This document shows positions 1 through 13,072 of a DNA stretch of 48,112 bases, in pieces. The stretch covers positions 1-48,112 of the forward strand of contig JAQGDQ010001309.1 in NCBI GenBank assembly GCA_030141605.1, in the 5' to 3' direction. The position numbers and the translations under genes were made by a program. This DNA is from Tubiluchus corallicola. Its lineage: Eukaryota; Animalia; Priapulida. The stretch's first letter is position 1. Each line of letters begins with the position of its first letter. The notes under the pieces were generated by a model that ran no database searches, was not told where the DNA came from, and saw only the letters and a list, made by a program, of their open reading frames with translations.

Positions 1-176
1 AGTTTTTTCACTCACAGACTAATTTCATACAATTTTTTTCACTCCAATGTGGAGTTTATTTCTTATGAAATTCGAATAACAGCAACAGTGGTTTGCTTTT
101 CAGTCAGAACCCTCGTCAGCCGACTCAAACTCAGAGCTAGAGGTTTGTTGATCTAGAGGTTTTTTAATGGTTAATG

Positions 177-262
177 GTGGCACTAGGAAATGAACAAAAG
201 TAGCACTAGGAAATGAACAAAAGTGGCACTAGGAAATGAACAAAAGTAGCACTAGGAAATGA
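177..262. repeat. 23-bp tandem repeat, ~3.5 copies (mirror at ~7585-7670)
   Basis: Repeated gt(g/a)gcactaggaaatgaacaaaa. Confidence 0.85.
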
Positions 263-358
263 AAATATTTTTAGTGAAAGCATTTCCGTGTCCTAGTAAC
301 TGCATAGTCCAATAAATGCATGAAAGCAGTGTCATATTAGAATGTGTAAATAATTTTG

Positions 359-431
359 CACCTCCACTGGGACTCGAACCTAGGACCTTCTGCTTTCCAG
401 GTTGCTATGTTAAACATTACACCACGGAGGC
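359..431 (-). pseudogene. tRNA-like sequence (pseudo-tRNA or SINE head), mirror of 7416-7488
   Basis: Reverse complement of 7416-7488. A second degenerate B-box copy lies at ~590-635. Confidence 0.65.
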
Positions 432-1466
432 ACTCAACTTTTCAGACTCAAAAGTTTACTTTACGACCCAGTAGAGGTCTATCGACACGAGAAATCAAGA
501 TGTAATTCAGTCCATAATACATACGAGATCAGTCCAATAAACGCACGAGAGCAATACTAAATTAGAAAATCAGGAAAATCTTACAAATCGCCTCGGACTC
601 GAACCTAGAACCTTCTGCTTTCTGGGAAGCTAAGCCTAAAAATACAGAATCACAGCACGAAACATGTGAGATAAATTTATATTGAAATATACGTCATTTA
701 TTAAAGCTGTTCATACTGTCTCAGTGTTTTACGATGTAAACAACCTTAATAGTGCTTAGATTTATATATGTAGAACATCATAGTGGCCTATACTATGCCA
801 AGAGTCAATGTACTAATGTACTAATGTACAACGTTGGATCATTTCTTTCCTATTGATCATAACTGCTGATGCAAAACTGGGAAAGAAAATTTGTCAGTGT
901 ATCAGATATAGTTTTGTGACTTTAGCGCTGGTGCCATAACTATTAACTCAAAGCTACTTGTCTGAAGAAATTTCTGTTATCATCATCATACGCCCGTCAC
1001 GTCTATTGTAGACATCGGGCAGGCAGAATTCTAAAATAAAAAGAAATCTGCCTTCAGACAGGTAAACGCAGCAGTAATCCAGCAAAACACTAGACACTGC
1101 TACGCGAGTTGCTTGTCAGCACCATTTCTGCTTAAACTTTCTGTTACACCTCCCGGAATGGATACCAGTGGGTTCATCATTTTTCTCTTAAGATATTCTG
1201 CATGTTAAATTCAGACATGAAACCAGCCGTCCAACAAATTTTAGCGAAAAGTGTAAATAATCGTCAGCTGCTTTGAATTTTGCACATTGTCTGTCGTATA
1301 AAACTTGCAAAATTTCGTGAGATGAAGATTTGTGCAATATTGTGTGGAGTAATCTATGTTGGAATTGCGTACTATGGTAGTCATTACATAATTTTAACTG
1401 TCGCAATAGGAATCTTATTTTACGCATCTTTTGCCCGGGTTCGAGTTTTAGCAGTTAACAATTATT

Positions 1467-2014
1467 ATAGGTTTTACACGTCAAATGTAGACACAGGAAA
1501 GTTCAAATGTGACTTAGGTAAGTCAAATGTAGACATAGGAATTTCGAATGTGTTTTGGTAACTCAAATGTGACTTAGGTAAGTCAAATGTAGATGCATTA
1601 CTTTGAATAAATTGGTAATTAAGTTTTTTAAGTGCAAATTAGAAAAACATAAACGAAAGATAGTGCATCTAACGTTGTTATTTTAACGTAAGAGCAATTA
1701 TTAAATTGAAATGAAAGAAGATTAAATTTAACATCCTTAAACTTTACCACCTATCCACATTTGAGATACCAATGTCACATTTGACTTGACATGTGTCTAC
1801 ATTTGACTTACCAAAAACGCTCAAGATTTATTGAAAACCATTGTTAACACATTTGAACTACCATTTGAGTTACCAAGACACATTTGAATTACCTAAGTCT
1901 ACATTTGACTTACCAAAAACGCTCAACATTTGTTGAAAACCATTGTTAACACATTTGAACTACCTGAATCTACATTTGACTTAACGCAGGTCTATATTTG
2001 ACATGTAAAACCTA
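1467..2014. mobile_element. MITE-like element with TIRs and internal tcaaatgtagac subrepeats (mirror at ~5832-6380)
   Basis: Starts ataggttttacacgtcaaat and ends atttgacatgtaaaacctat. Subrepeats face opposite ways in the two halves. Confidence 0.7.
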
Positions 2015-2249
2015 TGCATCAAAAAGTAATAAACAGCAGTGTCCATCATCATAGAGGACACTAGAAGATAAATATCTGCCTTTGAGCAGTTCGGAAACTT
2101 CGAAGTTTGTTTTTAATTTTTTCTAACTGCCTTTCACTTTGATGTATTAACACCTTGAGTAGGTTCAAACGATATTCGCTAAGTTTTACAGCTCATGGAC
2201 AGAGATAATAGAGAGTTCTCACTACCAGTCAGACAACGAAAACTGCTAA

Positions 2250-2545
2250 CTCTGAAGTGATGTCACTCTGAAGTGATGTGACTACAGTCGCGGTCAGAAT
2301 GGCGTCTAGTACGTTTCACAATAGTCCGTGACTCTACGGATGAATTTTTGAAGCATTTAAATGATTTCAATTCTTTAGACATCACGTGACGAGACGAAAC
2401 ACACAATTACAAACTAAAGTTCACGTGTTGGTGCTTCCTAGCTCAAAATTGTGCCAGAAACTGTTGACGCTGACTGTAAAAAAATCTGCCTTCAGGTTTT
2501 GGTTGTAGAACCCCTACTCTAGAGTACAAATGATTCTAATCTGAC
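2250..2545 (-). mobile_element. Dispersed repeat with a diverged copy at ~24622-24910
   Basis: Reverse complement tcagattagaatcatttgtactctagag...acagtcagcgtcaacagttt...gtctaaagaattgaaatcatttaaat matches catagattagaaacatttgtactctagag...acagtcagcgtcgacagttt...gtctaaagaatttgaatttaaatcatttaaat. Confidence 0.7.
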
Positions 2546-2667
2546 ATCATCATAACTGTAGGATGACGTCAGTTCTGTGATGTAATGTAAACTCTCTTAT
2601 ATCCCTCTCAGGGCTTCACTCGTCGCGATATAATCCAACCCTCTGAGAGAAAATTCTGCGAGAAAAT

Positions 2668-3273
2668 TTAAGTGAGTTGTTTCACTTCATCTGTGAAACT
2701 TTCAAGTCCATTAAGACCAGTTAATCTTTCTGTTTTATCATCTATATCTGCTTGGATTTCTGCTAACACAGCCTTATCGTAACCCGCTTTCACACCTTCC
2801 ATGATGAATCCGATGACGGCTCTCCACGCTTGATCCACGTCTGGCGTGAACTTCGGCCCCAGCTCTCGCTCCCACACGTACATCAACGCCTCCATGAAAT
2901 AATAAAAGTACATTTGTTTGAATCCGGGCGTGTGGATGTGTCGTTTTCCCAACTCCTCGAGTATTGGCGTCAATATCTGCAGGTCGTCAAGGTTGTCCAC
3001 CGCCGCCTCCACCGCTTGCATGAAGCGTGTGGCGTGGTTCCGGAAGCGGTCGTTGCGCACTAGGTCGCGTTCGGTGCTGATGTCCGTGGCACCGAACAGT
3101 TCTCTGAGGTTGGGGTTGATCTCGAAGAGCCGGAGGAACACCTTGATCCCGCGCATGATGATCGTGTCCGGGAAGCTGTGCCAGTTGTCACGCACTATCA
3201 TCTTCTGTTCTTTCGTTATCACCCCTTTGCGGTATTCAGCTGCTGACATGGGTTTTGCTGTGCCACATCCCAT
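2668..3273 (-). CDS. Single-exon globin (neuroglobin/globin X-like) with MGC N-acylation motif; ORF can extend to 3306
   Basis: Globin motifs: A-helix W (VRDNW), B/C/CD1 (VFLRLFEINPNLRELF), distal His E7 (FRNHATRFM), proximal His F8 (LGKRH), H-helix AW. Second Met gives MGCGTAK. Confidence 0.93.
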   Translation of the reverse strand: MGCGTAKPMSAAEYRKGVITKEQKMIVRDNWHSFPDTIIMRGIKVFLRLFEINPNLRELFGATDISTERDLVRNDRFRNHATRFMQAVEAAVDNLDDLQILTPILEELGKRHIHTPGFKQMYFYYFMEALMYVWERELGPKFTPDVDQAWRAVIGFIMEGVKAGYDKAVLAEIQADIDDKTERLTGLNGLESFTDEVKQLT

Positions 3274-4234
3274 TGTGCCTTCACATCGCCTGGCATTAAT
3301 GTTCATCCAGGTTTGAAGGCAAGTGTAATAAGGTATTAAGCCACAGGCCTTAATGCTTTAATGGATGATTCCTTCTTAACGATTCGGTGAAATCCACGAG
3401 GGAGAGTCTGTGGGAAGATTGTTTGTCTTTGATTGTCGTGCCATCTCATGCATCTTTCATTATCTGTTTTTTTCCTTTGTAAATACTCAGTAACTCGTTA
3501 AGACTCGGTAGCTGGCTGGTTTTCGTGTTTACGAGCGATTACACGTAGCCGCATGCTCCAATTACCTTGCAGAGGAAGAGCGCGTAAAGATGCGATTCGT
3601 ATGCTTCAGGCACAGTGTGTGGCAGACATTCTTATTCATCTATGCACAGTGTGTGGCAGACATTCCTATTCATGTATGCACGCTTCTGTTTTCCGCCTGC
3701 GAGAACTGCAACAATTAAAAAAAAGAGACGTGAATATTTTAGGATGTTCTCGGATGCGCAATTGCTCACATTAAGCTTTGCATGTGTTGCTTTTTTGTGA
3801 TGAATGTCATACGAGATGTTTCTTTTTTGGGGATGCTTTGCAGTAAAAGCTTCATAAGAAGAGGCGTGCCCAATTGTTCTCCAAAGTGGTTTTTGAACAA
3901 GTAATTTAGTAATTTTTTTATTTTTCTCCATAAATTTTCAATAATTTGACAATAAAATACACAAAAATACAAACCAACATGGGAGAAAGGGTGGCGAAAA
4001 ACCAAGGGTTATCGAGTCAACCACCCTTCTCAGAAAGACAGTAAACAAAAAGACGCTAATGTCAGCAGAATACAACTATTAAAAAATACATAAACGTCCG
4101 TAAATACAAAAAACACGAATACAACAACAGCAAAAAAGTGATATATTTCTGAAGACTTGACATTCTCTTCGTTACACCTAATCGTTATAAATGCAACATT
4201 ATGCAAAATAATGTGGTCTCAGTACTAATACCTC

Positions 4235-5005
<771 letters not shown>

Positions 5006-5372
5006 ACTACCTCTACAAAATGATTTTTCGTTTTACCCATATTTTAGGTATTTTAAATTGTGGGTCAAAATAATTCTATATTTGTACAACTCCACAAGCT
5101 ACTGGCTTGGATTAGTCCTTGAGTTTGTTGTTCAATGTTCTTTTGATTATAGCTGATTTCAGTGCAATTCTTTTCTCCACTAAACAGTAATATAAATGGA
5201 AAATGACTCGTAACTGCTGACTAGATATCGCAGAATTAGCAAGATTAAGGCGTATGTGGGTGTCCTAGCAAGATGGAGGGGTGACCGGTAATACAGTCAC
5301 AGGAAAGAAGTCACAGGAAAAACAAACAATTTTGGCTAGGAAGAAAGTCAGGTGATCAAACAAAAATATTCA

Positions 5373-7838
5373 AGTCAGCGTCAACAGTTTCTGGCACAAT
5401 TTTGAGCTAGAAGCACCAACACGTGAACTTTAGTTTGTAATTGTGTGTTTCGTCTCGTCACGTGATGTCTAAAGAATTGAAATCATTTAAATGCTTCAAA
5501 AATTCATCCGTAGAGTCAGGGACTATTGTGAAACGTATTAGGCGCCATTCTGACCGCGACTGTAGTCACATCACTTCAGAGTGACATCACTTCAGAGTTA
5601 GCAGTTTTCGTTGTCTGACTGGTAGTGAGAACTCTCTATTATCTCTGTCCATGAGCTGTAAAACTTAGCGAATATCGTTTGAACCTACTCAAGGTGTTAA
5701 TACATCAAAGTGAAAGGCAGTTAGAAAAAATTAAAAACAAACTTCGAAGTTTCCGAACTGCTCAAAGGCAGATATTTATCTTCTAGTGTCCTCTATGATG
5801 ATGGACACTGCTGTTTATTACTTTTTGATGCATAGGTTTTACATGTCAAATATAGACCTGCGTTAAGTCAAATGTAGATTCAGGTAGTTCAAATGTGTTA
5901 ACAATGGTTTTCAACAAATGTTGAGCGTTTTTGGTAAGTCAAATGTAGACTTAGGTAATTCAAATGTGTCTTGGTAACTCAAATGGTAGTTCAAATGTGT
6001 TAACAATGGTTTTCAATAAATCTTGAGCGTTTTTGGTAAGTCAAATGTAGACACATGTCAAGTCAAATGTGACATTGGTATCTCAAATGTGGATAGGTGG
6101 TAAAGTTTAAGGATGTTAAATTTAATCTTCTTTCATTTCAATTTAATAATTGCTCTTACGTTAAAATAACAACGTTAGATGCACTATCTTTCGTTTATGT
6201 TTTTCTAATTTGCACTTAAAAAACTTAATTACCAATTTATTCAAAGTAATGCATCTACATTTGACTTACCTAAGTCACATTTGAGTTACCAAAACACATT
6301 CGAAATTCCTATGTCTACATTTGACTTACCTAAGTCACATTTGAACTTTCCTGTGTCTACATTTGACGTGTAAAACCTATAATAATTGTTAACTGCTAAA
6401 ACTCGAACCCGGGCAAAAGATGCGTAAAATAAGATTCCTATTGCGACAGTTAAAGTTAAGCAATAGCTACCATAGTACGCACCTCCAACATAGATTACTC
6501 CACACAATATTGCACAAATCTTCATCTCACGAAATTTTGCAAGTTTTATACGATAGACAATGTGCAAAATTCAAAGCAGCTGACGATTATTTACACTTTT
6601 CGCTAAAATTTGTTGGACGGCTGGTTTCATGTCTGAATTTAACATGCAGAATATCTTAAGAGAAAAATGATGAACCCACTGGTATCCATTCCGGGAGGTG
6701 TAACAGAAAGTTTAAGCAGAAATGGTGCTGACAAGCAACTCGCGTAGCAGTGTCTAGTGTTTTGCTGGATTACTGCTGCGTTTACCTGTCTGAAGGCAGA
6801 TTTCTTTTTATTTTAGAATTCTGCCTGCCCGATGTCTACAATAGACGTGACGGGCGTATGATGATGATAACAGAAATTTCTTCAGACAAGTAGCTTTGAG
6901 TTAATAGTTATGGCACCAGCGCTAAAGTCACAAAACTATATCTGATACACTGACAAATTTTCTTTCCCAGTTTTGCATCAGCAGTTATGATCAATAGGAA
7001 AGAAATGATCCAACGTTGTACATTAGTACATTAGTACATTGACTCTTGGCATAGTATAGGCCACTATGATGTTCTACATATATAAATCTAAGCACTATTA
7101 AGGTTGTTTACATCGTAAAACACTGAGACAGTATGAACAGTTTTAATAAATGACGTATATTTCAATATAAATTTATCTCACATGTTTCGTGCTGTGATTC
7201 TGTATTTTTAGGCTTAGCTTCCCAGAAAGCAGAAGGTTCTAGGTTCGAGTCCGAGGCGATTTGTAAGATTTTCCTGATTTTCTAATTTGGTATTGCTCTC
7301 GTGCGTTTATTGGACTGATCTCGTATGTATTATGGACTGAATTACATCTTGATTTCTCGTGTCGATAGACCTCTACTGGGTCATAAAGTAAACTTTTGAG
7401 TCTGAAAAGTTGAGTGCCTCCGTGGTGTAATGTTTAACATAGCAACCTGGAAAGCAGAAGGTCCTAGGTTCGAGTCCCAGTGGAGGTGCAAAATTATTTA
7501 CACATTCTAATATGACACTGCTTTCATGCATTTATTGGACTATGCAGTTACTAGGACACGGAAATGCTTTCACTAAAAATATTTTCATTTCCTAGTGCTA
7601 CTTTTGTTCATTTCCTAGTGCCACTTTTGTTCATTTCCTAGTGCTACTTTTGTTCATTTCCTAGTGCCACCATTAACCATTAAAAGATCAACAAACCTCT
7701 AGCTCTGAGTTTGAGTCGGCTGACGAGGGTTCTGACTGAAAAGCAAACCACTGTTGCTGTTATTCGAATTTCATAAGAAATAAACTCCACATTGGAGTGA
7801 AAAAAATTGTATGAAATTAGTCTGTGAGTGAAAAAACT
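5373..7838. repeat. Right arm of inverted duplication (partner 1-2475)
   Basis: Near-identical reverse complement, with scattered SNPs, an 8-bp indel near 7685 and a substitution cluster at ~6450-6485. Confidence 0.97.
7416..7488 (+). pseudogene. 73-nt tRNA-like sequence (pseudo-tRNA or tRNA-derived SINE head)
   Basis: Acceptor GCCTCCG/TGGAGGT, D-stem GTGT/ACAT and B box GGTTCGAGTCC are present, but the anticodon stem GCAAC/GCAGA has three mismatches. Confidence 0.65.
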
Positions 7839-8169
7839 AAGACTAAGACTAAATTTGATGGTGCAGATAAACGTAGAAACGTTGGTTTAAAAATCAGTCT
7901 CACACAGACTAATTGCACTAAACAGCGTACTGTAGTGGGGTAGCTACCAAAACCTCTTTCAGTTCTTTGTATTATGATACCTTTCCAAACTGATGAAGTT
8001 CACAACCAGGAGAAATATACAACGAACTTTCTTACATAAACTTATTGCAGCATGCTAATCAATTCAATTCAATTCAATTCAAAGGTTTATTTTTCTCTAA
8101 TATATATTTACAGCGCAAATACAACAAATTATGTAAAGTATGTAGAGATGGGGTGGCGAAAGACCAGGA

Positions 8170-8843
8170 GGTCATCGAGTCAGCCACCCCTACATAACTT
8201 AGGAATAGTATAAAACACGACAGACTACATGGTCATCGAGTCAGCCACCCCTACATAACTTAGGAATATTATAAAACACGGCAGACTACATGGTCATCGA
8301 GTCAGCCACCTCTATATAACTTAGGAATAGTATAAAGCACTGCAGACGACATGGTCATCGAGTCAGCCACCCCTATATAACTTAGGAATAGTATAAAGCA
8401 TGGCAGACTACATGGTCATCGAGTCAGCCACCTCTATATAACTTAGGAATAGTATAAAGCACGGCAGACTACATGGTCATCGAGTCAGCCACCCCTATAT
8501 AACTTAGGAATAGTATAAAGCACGGCAGACTACATGGTCATCGAGTCAGCCACCCCTATATAACTTAGGAATAGTATAAAGCACGGCAGACTACATGGTC
8601 ATCGAGTCAGCCACCCCTATATAACTTAGGAATAGTATAAAGCACGGCAGACTACATGGTCATCGAGTCAGCCACCCCTATATAACTTAGCAATAGTATA
8701 AAGCACGGCAGACTACATGGTCATCGAGTCAGCCACCCCTATATAACTTAGGAATAGTATAAAGCACGGCAGACTACATGGTCATCGTGTCAGCCACCTC
8801 TATATAACTTAGGAATATTATAAAGCACGGCAGACTACATGGT
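8170..8843. repeat. 61-bp minisatellite, 11 copies
   Basis: Unit ggtcatcgagtcagccacccctatataacttaggaatagtataaagcacggcagactacat, starting at 8170, 8231, 8292 ... 8780. Confidence 0.95.
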
Positions 8844-9696
8844 TAAGTGAATAAATACGTGGTTAGGTTTTAAGTGTAGCAAATAAACAAAATGCAAAGC
8901 AGTTATATTATAATTATACCAATGAAAAAAAGCAAGCAAATAATGCAATTAAAAATTAAAACAACAACTGAACAAGTCATGAATACAACAACAAAGAAGC
9001 AAACAATCTGGTTAAATCATAAATGTAGCAAATGAACTAAAATGCAGCAAATGAACGAAAATGTAGTTAAATAATGAATGCACAACAAAAACAAAAGGAA
9101 GAAAATTTGTGCAGTAAGTCTTAAATGCAGTAAATGAACAAAAGCAATCAGTAATCATAATGTGACAAATTCACACAAAAAGCAAGCAATGCAGTCAATT
9201 TATAAATGCAGCTATTGAACGAAAAGCAAACAAAAAAGCAAATTTAATCATAAATATAGCAAACATATTCAAGCAGGCAAGCAAGCATGTTTTTATTTTT
9301 AGGAATAGGATAGTAAACGGATGTAATGCATTATCAGCTAATCAACATAAGAAAAGAATTGCATGAAAATCAATAATCAAAGTTGTACTAGAGTTGTAAG
9401 CAACCAGGTGGGCACTGAGATGGTAATTAGAGAACGCGAGCTTACAGTGAAACACGCACCTGTGCAACCCGGTAATTAACTGACTTACTTATTACAGGTG
9501 AGGAGAAATTACGCAAAATGATTTTGGCTTGATTTGAAATGAAAACTCCAGAAAAGTACAGATGCCAACAGGCTTTTGTTTCTACAAAAAGATTTTCTTA
9601 TCATAGAATAAAACGCAGAGCGTAGCGGGTATTGATAATGTCCGGAAACAGTCATGAATTTTCCGAAAAGGAAAGATGATAGGATTTCTACCAGAT

Positions 9697-9900
9697 GATT
9701 TAGTCTAGTGGTAACGCATTTGCTTTCCGTCTGGGAGGTCGTGAGTTCGAACCAGCGGCCGGGTCATATGAAAGACTTCAAAAATGGTACCTGCTTTGCC
9801 CTACCTGACGCGGTATTTAGGGTAAAAGTGGGGTAGTAATAGTCTCTGTTATGTAGTTGTAGGTTGTTATTTACAGTCGGCGATAATAGCTCTTTGAGCT
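9697..9900 (+). mobile_element. tRNA-derived SINE
   Basis: A-box-like tagtctagtggta and B-box-like gagttcgaacc, then body ccgggtcatatgaaagacttcaaaaatggtacc. A microsatellite follows. Confidence 0.6.
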
Positions 9901-9940
9901 AATGTTAATTGTTGATCAAAAAGCCGACTTTAAATAAAGA

Positions 9941-10152
<212 letters not shown>

Positions 10153-10793
10153 AAATAGAGTGTCAAAAGGGCTAGGGGATTAAAAATACTCCAAAGTGCG
10201 TAGCACACTGTTCTCGTTACGCTTAGTGAATGATTACTTAAATAATACTTTAAAGAAAACAGGACGACTTTTCATACTCTGCTCTACTTTGAAGTGTGGT
10301 AAAAAGTATACAGTTCATTACCTATTATATTGCCAAAGTGATTCTGATAATTAAATAATAGATTAAAAACTTAATTAAGAGGCGCGCATAGTGACGACGT
10401 CAGAACTGAATTTTCAAAAGCACAACTATTCCAGGAGCATGTGTTTGTGAAAATAAAACTTGAACTACAGTGGCACTGCATAGAATTTCGTTTAATATGC
10501 GAAAACCCGGCAAAATTATGTTTCAAAATTTAAATTCCAAATTCATCGCCGCGTCGTCAATCAATTTCGCCACAAACATAAACCGGCTCAGAATTGAAAC
10601 TGAGAGGTACAGCGCCTGTTTTGTGTGCAAAGCGTTTCCAAGATGCAGGTGCAGTGCCCCTCTAACTAGGAAATGGCAAAATCCACGCAATTGGTTGCAA
10701 ATGTGAAATTAAACTTCTGTGGCAATAAAAATTTCAAGTAAGTCAGTCTTAAAAAAGCAGATAGGTTCTCTTTCAATATTTTATACATTAGAT

Positions 10794-11293
10794 CAGGGGT
10801 GTGCAAATTGCGGCCCGCGGGCCACTTGAAGCCCGCCGAGAGAATTTGTGCGGCCCGCGAAGAGATTTGTCAACCTAATGAAAGTGCGGCCCGGGCGATT
10901 AATTGAGTGTATCCAGCTGAGGTCCATGCCACGATCCCAAAGATAGTGCGGGTAGTTTTTTCTACTAGATCGGATGCCATTAACCCTTACAAGACGGTTG
11001 TAGCTTAATGTCACTGTACTACACAGACTGTGTGATACACATTACTAAAATGCATTGTAATGAAATTACCACTATCTGTCCTGAAAGTAGAAATATATGG
11101 TTTGTAATATAAATTTTAATAACTTCTAAAATAGTTTCTTGATGTAGTAGTAATGATGTCCGCAGGTCGGATGCAAAAAAAATCATTATTAGGCCTTTCT
11201 GTACTTGGCTCCTTGATCAAACTGCCTGTGGCCCGCAGGAATTGCGGGAAAGTTTAATGTGGCCCAGCTAGTCAGATAATTTGCACACCCCTG
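10794..11293 (+). mobile_element. hAT MITE, family A, complete
   Basis: TIR caggggtgtgcaaatt / aatttgcacacccctg; perfect 8-bp TSD cattagat. Confidence 0.92.
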
Positions 11294-11509
11294 CATTAGA
11301 TTCTTTAGTTTTTTGCATTCATCACACCTTGTGCTCCTGAAAACTGTAATTACAAGCTCAAGTGGCTATTCCAAACTAATTAATGCTTACCAAATACCAG
11401 TAAGCTGCAGATTTATACATAATTTTCAAACATCTAAACCAGAATATTATCAACGAAAACTTTTATGACCAGCAAAAATAGAGTTCCGAACCTCAACAAA
11501 AACGCTATT

Positions 11510-11851
11510 TACTACTACACTCAGGAAACTATTTTAGAAGTTATTAAAATTTATATTACAAACCATATATTTCTACTTTCAGGACAGATAGTGGTAATTT
11601 CATTACAATGCATATTAGTAATGTGTATCGCACAGTCTGTGTAGTACAGTGACATTAAGCTACAACCGTCTTGTAAGGGTTAATGGCATCCGACCTAGTA
11701 GAAAAAACTACCCGCACTATCTTTGGGATCGTGGCACGGACTTCAGCTGGATACACTCAATTAATCGCCCGGGCCGCACTGTCATTAGGTTGACAAATCT
11801 CTTCGCGGGCCGCACATATTCTCTCGACGGGCCGCAATTTGCACACCCCTG
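11510..11851 (-). mobile_element. hAT MITE family A, partial inverted copy
   Basis: Reverse complement of ~10794-11150; ORFs 10793-11014 and 11649-11882 are near-identical. Confidence 0.88.
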
Positions 11852-12896
11852 CTCTACATCAACAAAGAAATCAACTTCATGAATCCCGCACATTACGCAC
11901 CAATCTGGGAAACAAGATTAAAACCAGAAAAGCGCCTCTTACAATATCAGTGATTTTAATAACAGCAGAATTTCATTTGGCTTCAGTCTAGATAGAGAGA
12001 TTAGCTTGCATATTCCTGATTAAAAACAGATAATCATTTGTACGTTGCAGACGTATTCAAGTAATTTTACTTTTTGTAAAACTTCAAAATATTTTTGATA
12101 AGAAATGAAGCAGGTCACGAAAGCAAAAGCGAATAAAGCAATTTTAACGTCAGCCACAGAGGAATAAGCCTTTTCACAGCTCCAGCAATTGATAATAATC
12201 GTAAAAGGTCAAAGGTTAAATGTATCAGACAACGCATTTGTGTACACTTAGCAACGCCTCGCAGCCCATGCTGTTGTAATAGTAACAGTTTTAACAGCTA
12301 GCTAGAACCTTGGCTAGTTCATTTTTCTTGTTTCCAAGCAAGATCCTGCCAGTAAATTACTCTACGTACAGATTAATGTATAATTAAGTAAAATCCACGT
12401 AAACAACTGAAGTTAATGAACTGATGCGGTAGGCGGCTTTGCTTTACGCGTATGTTACGTGACGGTTGTAGTTGGATGCGTTGCTGTGGTAAACTTAACC
12501 TTTGACCTGCGGCAACTGCGCATGCGCACAATGAAACTGTGAACAGGTTTTGTTAAAGTCTAACACATTTTTCCTTTCACCCCGCTCAATGCTCTCCAGA
12601 AAACACTTCTGTGTGTTCTTTATACGAACTAAAACTTCAATTTAGCATGATTTATACTACCTAGAAATACTCACAGCTAACTGTGAACTTTCCTTCAAAG
12701 AAAATAGCATACAGTCCAGAAGAGATCCAAACACAATTTTTTCAAGTCACATTACTGGCGAAATGGTAATTTGGTAGAATTTACTTTTGCAAACCACAAA
12801 TTCACCAACTGATTTTCCAAGTGAATTCAACCACTTTTCAAATCTGTCAATCTAAAATTATGACTTTAGTCCAGAAAAGGGAAGCAAAACTCTAAC

Positions 12897-13072
12897 CTTT
12901 TCGTGTCGTTCTTAAACTGCACTTCGCCCTGCGGCAGCGTGTACTTGGTAAGCGTGTTGTTGACAGCTACGGTGACTCGATTCAGCTTCCCAAACTGAAC
13001 GAAATCGTTTACTTCGGCCTCGAAAGGCAGGTGTCCGCCGACGTGCGTCATCACTTCCGCTCCGTTCAGCCA
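12897..13072 (-). CDS. GUSB: Beta-glucuronidase (GH2) coding exon 4, last exon visible
   Basis: WLNGAEVMTHVGGHLPFEAEVNDFVQFGKLNRVTVAVNNTLTKYTLPQG; acceptor tttgctag, donor gttaga; 176 nt, phase 0 to 2. Confidence 0.92.

Larger units (their letters stand above)
1..2475. repeat. Left arm of ~2.5-kb inverted duplication (partner 5373-7838)
   Basis: Base 1 agttttttcactcacagactaatt is the reverse complement of 7815-7838. The match runs to ...gttgacgctgact at 2475. Mirrored ORFs 1188-1427/6420-6659 and 1280-1561/6286-6567 confirm it. Confidence 0.97.

Noticed and set aside
2830-3316. Antisense ORFs over the globin (also 25695-26538 over the acidic ORF)
   Set aside because: Shadow frames of the sense ORFs with no independent support.
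7416-7488. Functional tRNA gene with GGA anticodon
   Set aside because: The anticodon stem does not pair, there is no long Ser variable arm, and a degenerate neighbour copy points to a SINE or pseudogene.
8170-8843. CRISPR-like appearance of regular arrays (also 14522-15720, 20894-22370, 39178-39809)
   Set aside because: Whole units repeat with no unique spacers, no cas genes are present, and the context is eukaryotic introns.
12430-12540. Promoter suggested by NRF1-like tgcgcatgcgca and DR1-like motifs
   Set aside because: The same block occurs inverted and diverged at ~27409-27520, so it is more simply a dispersed repeat.
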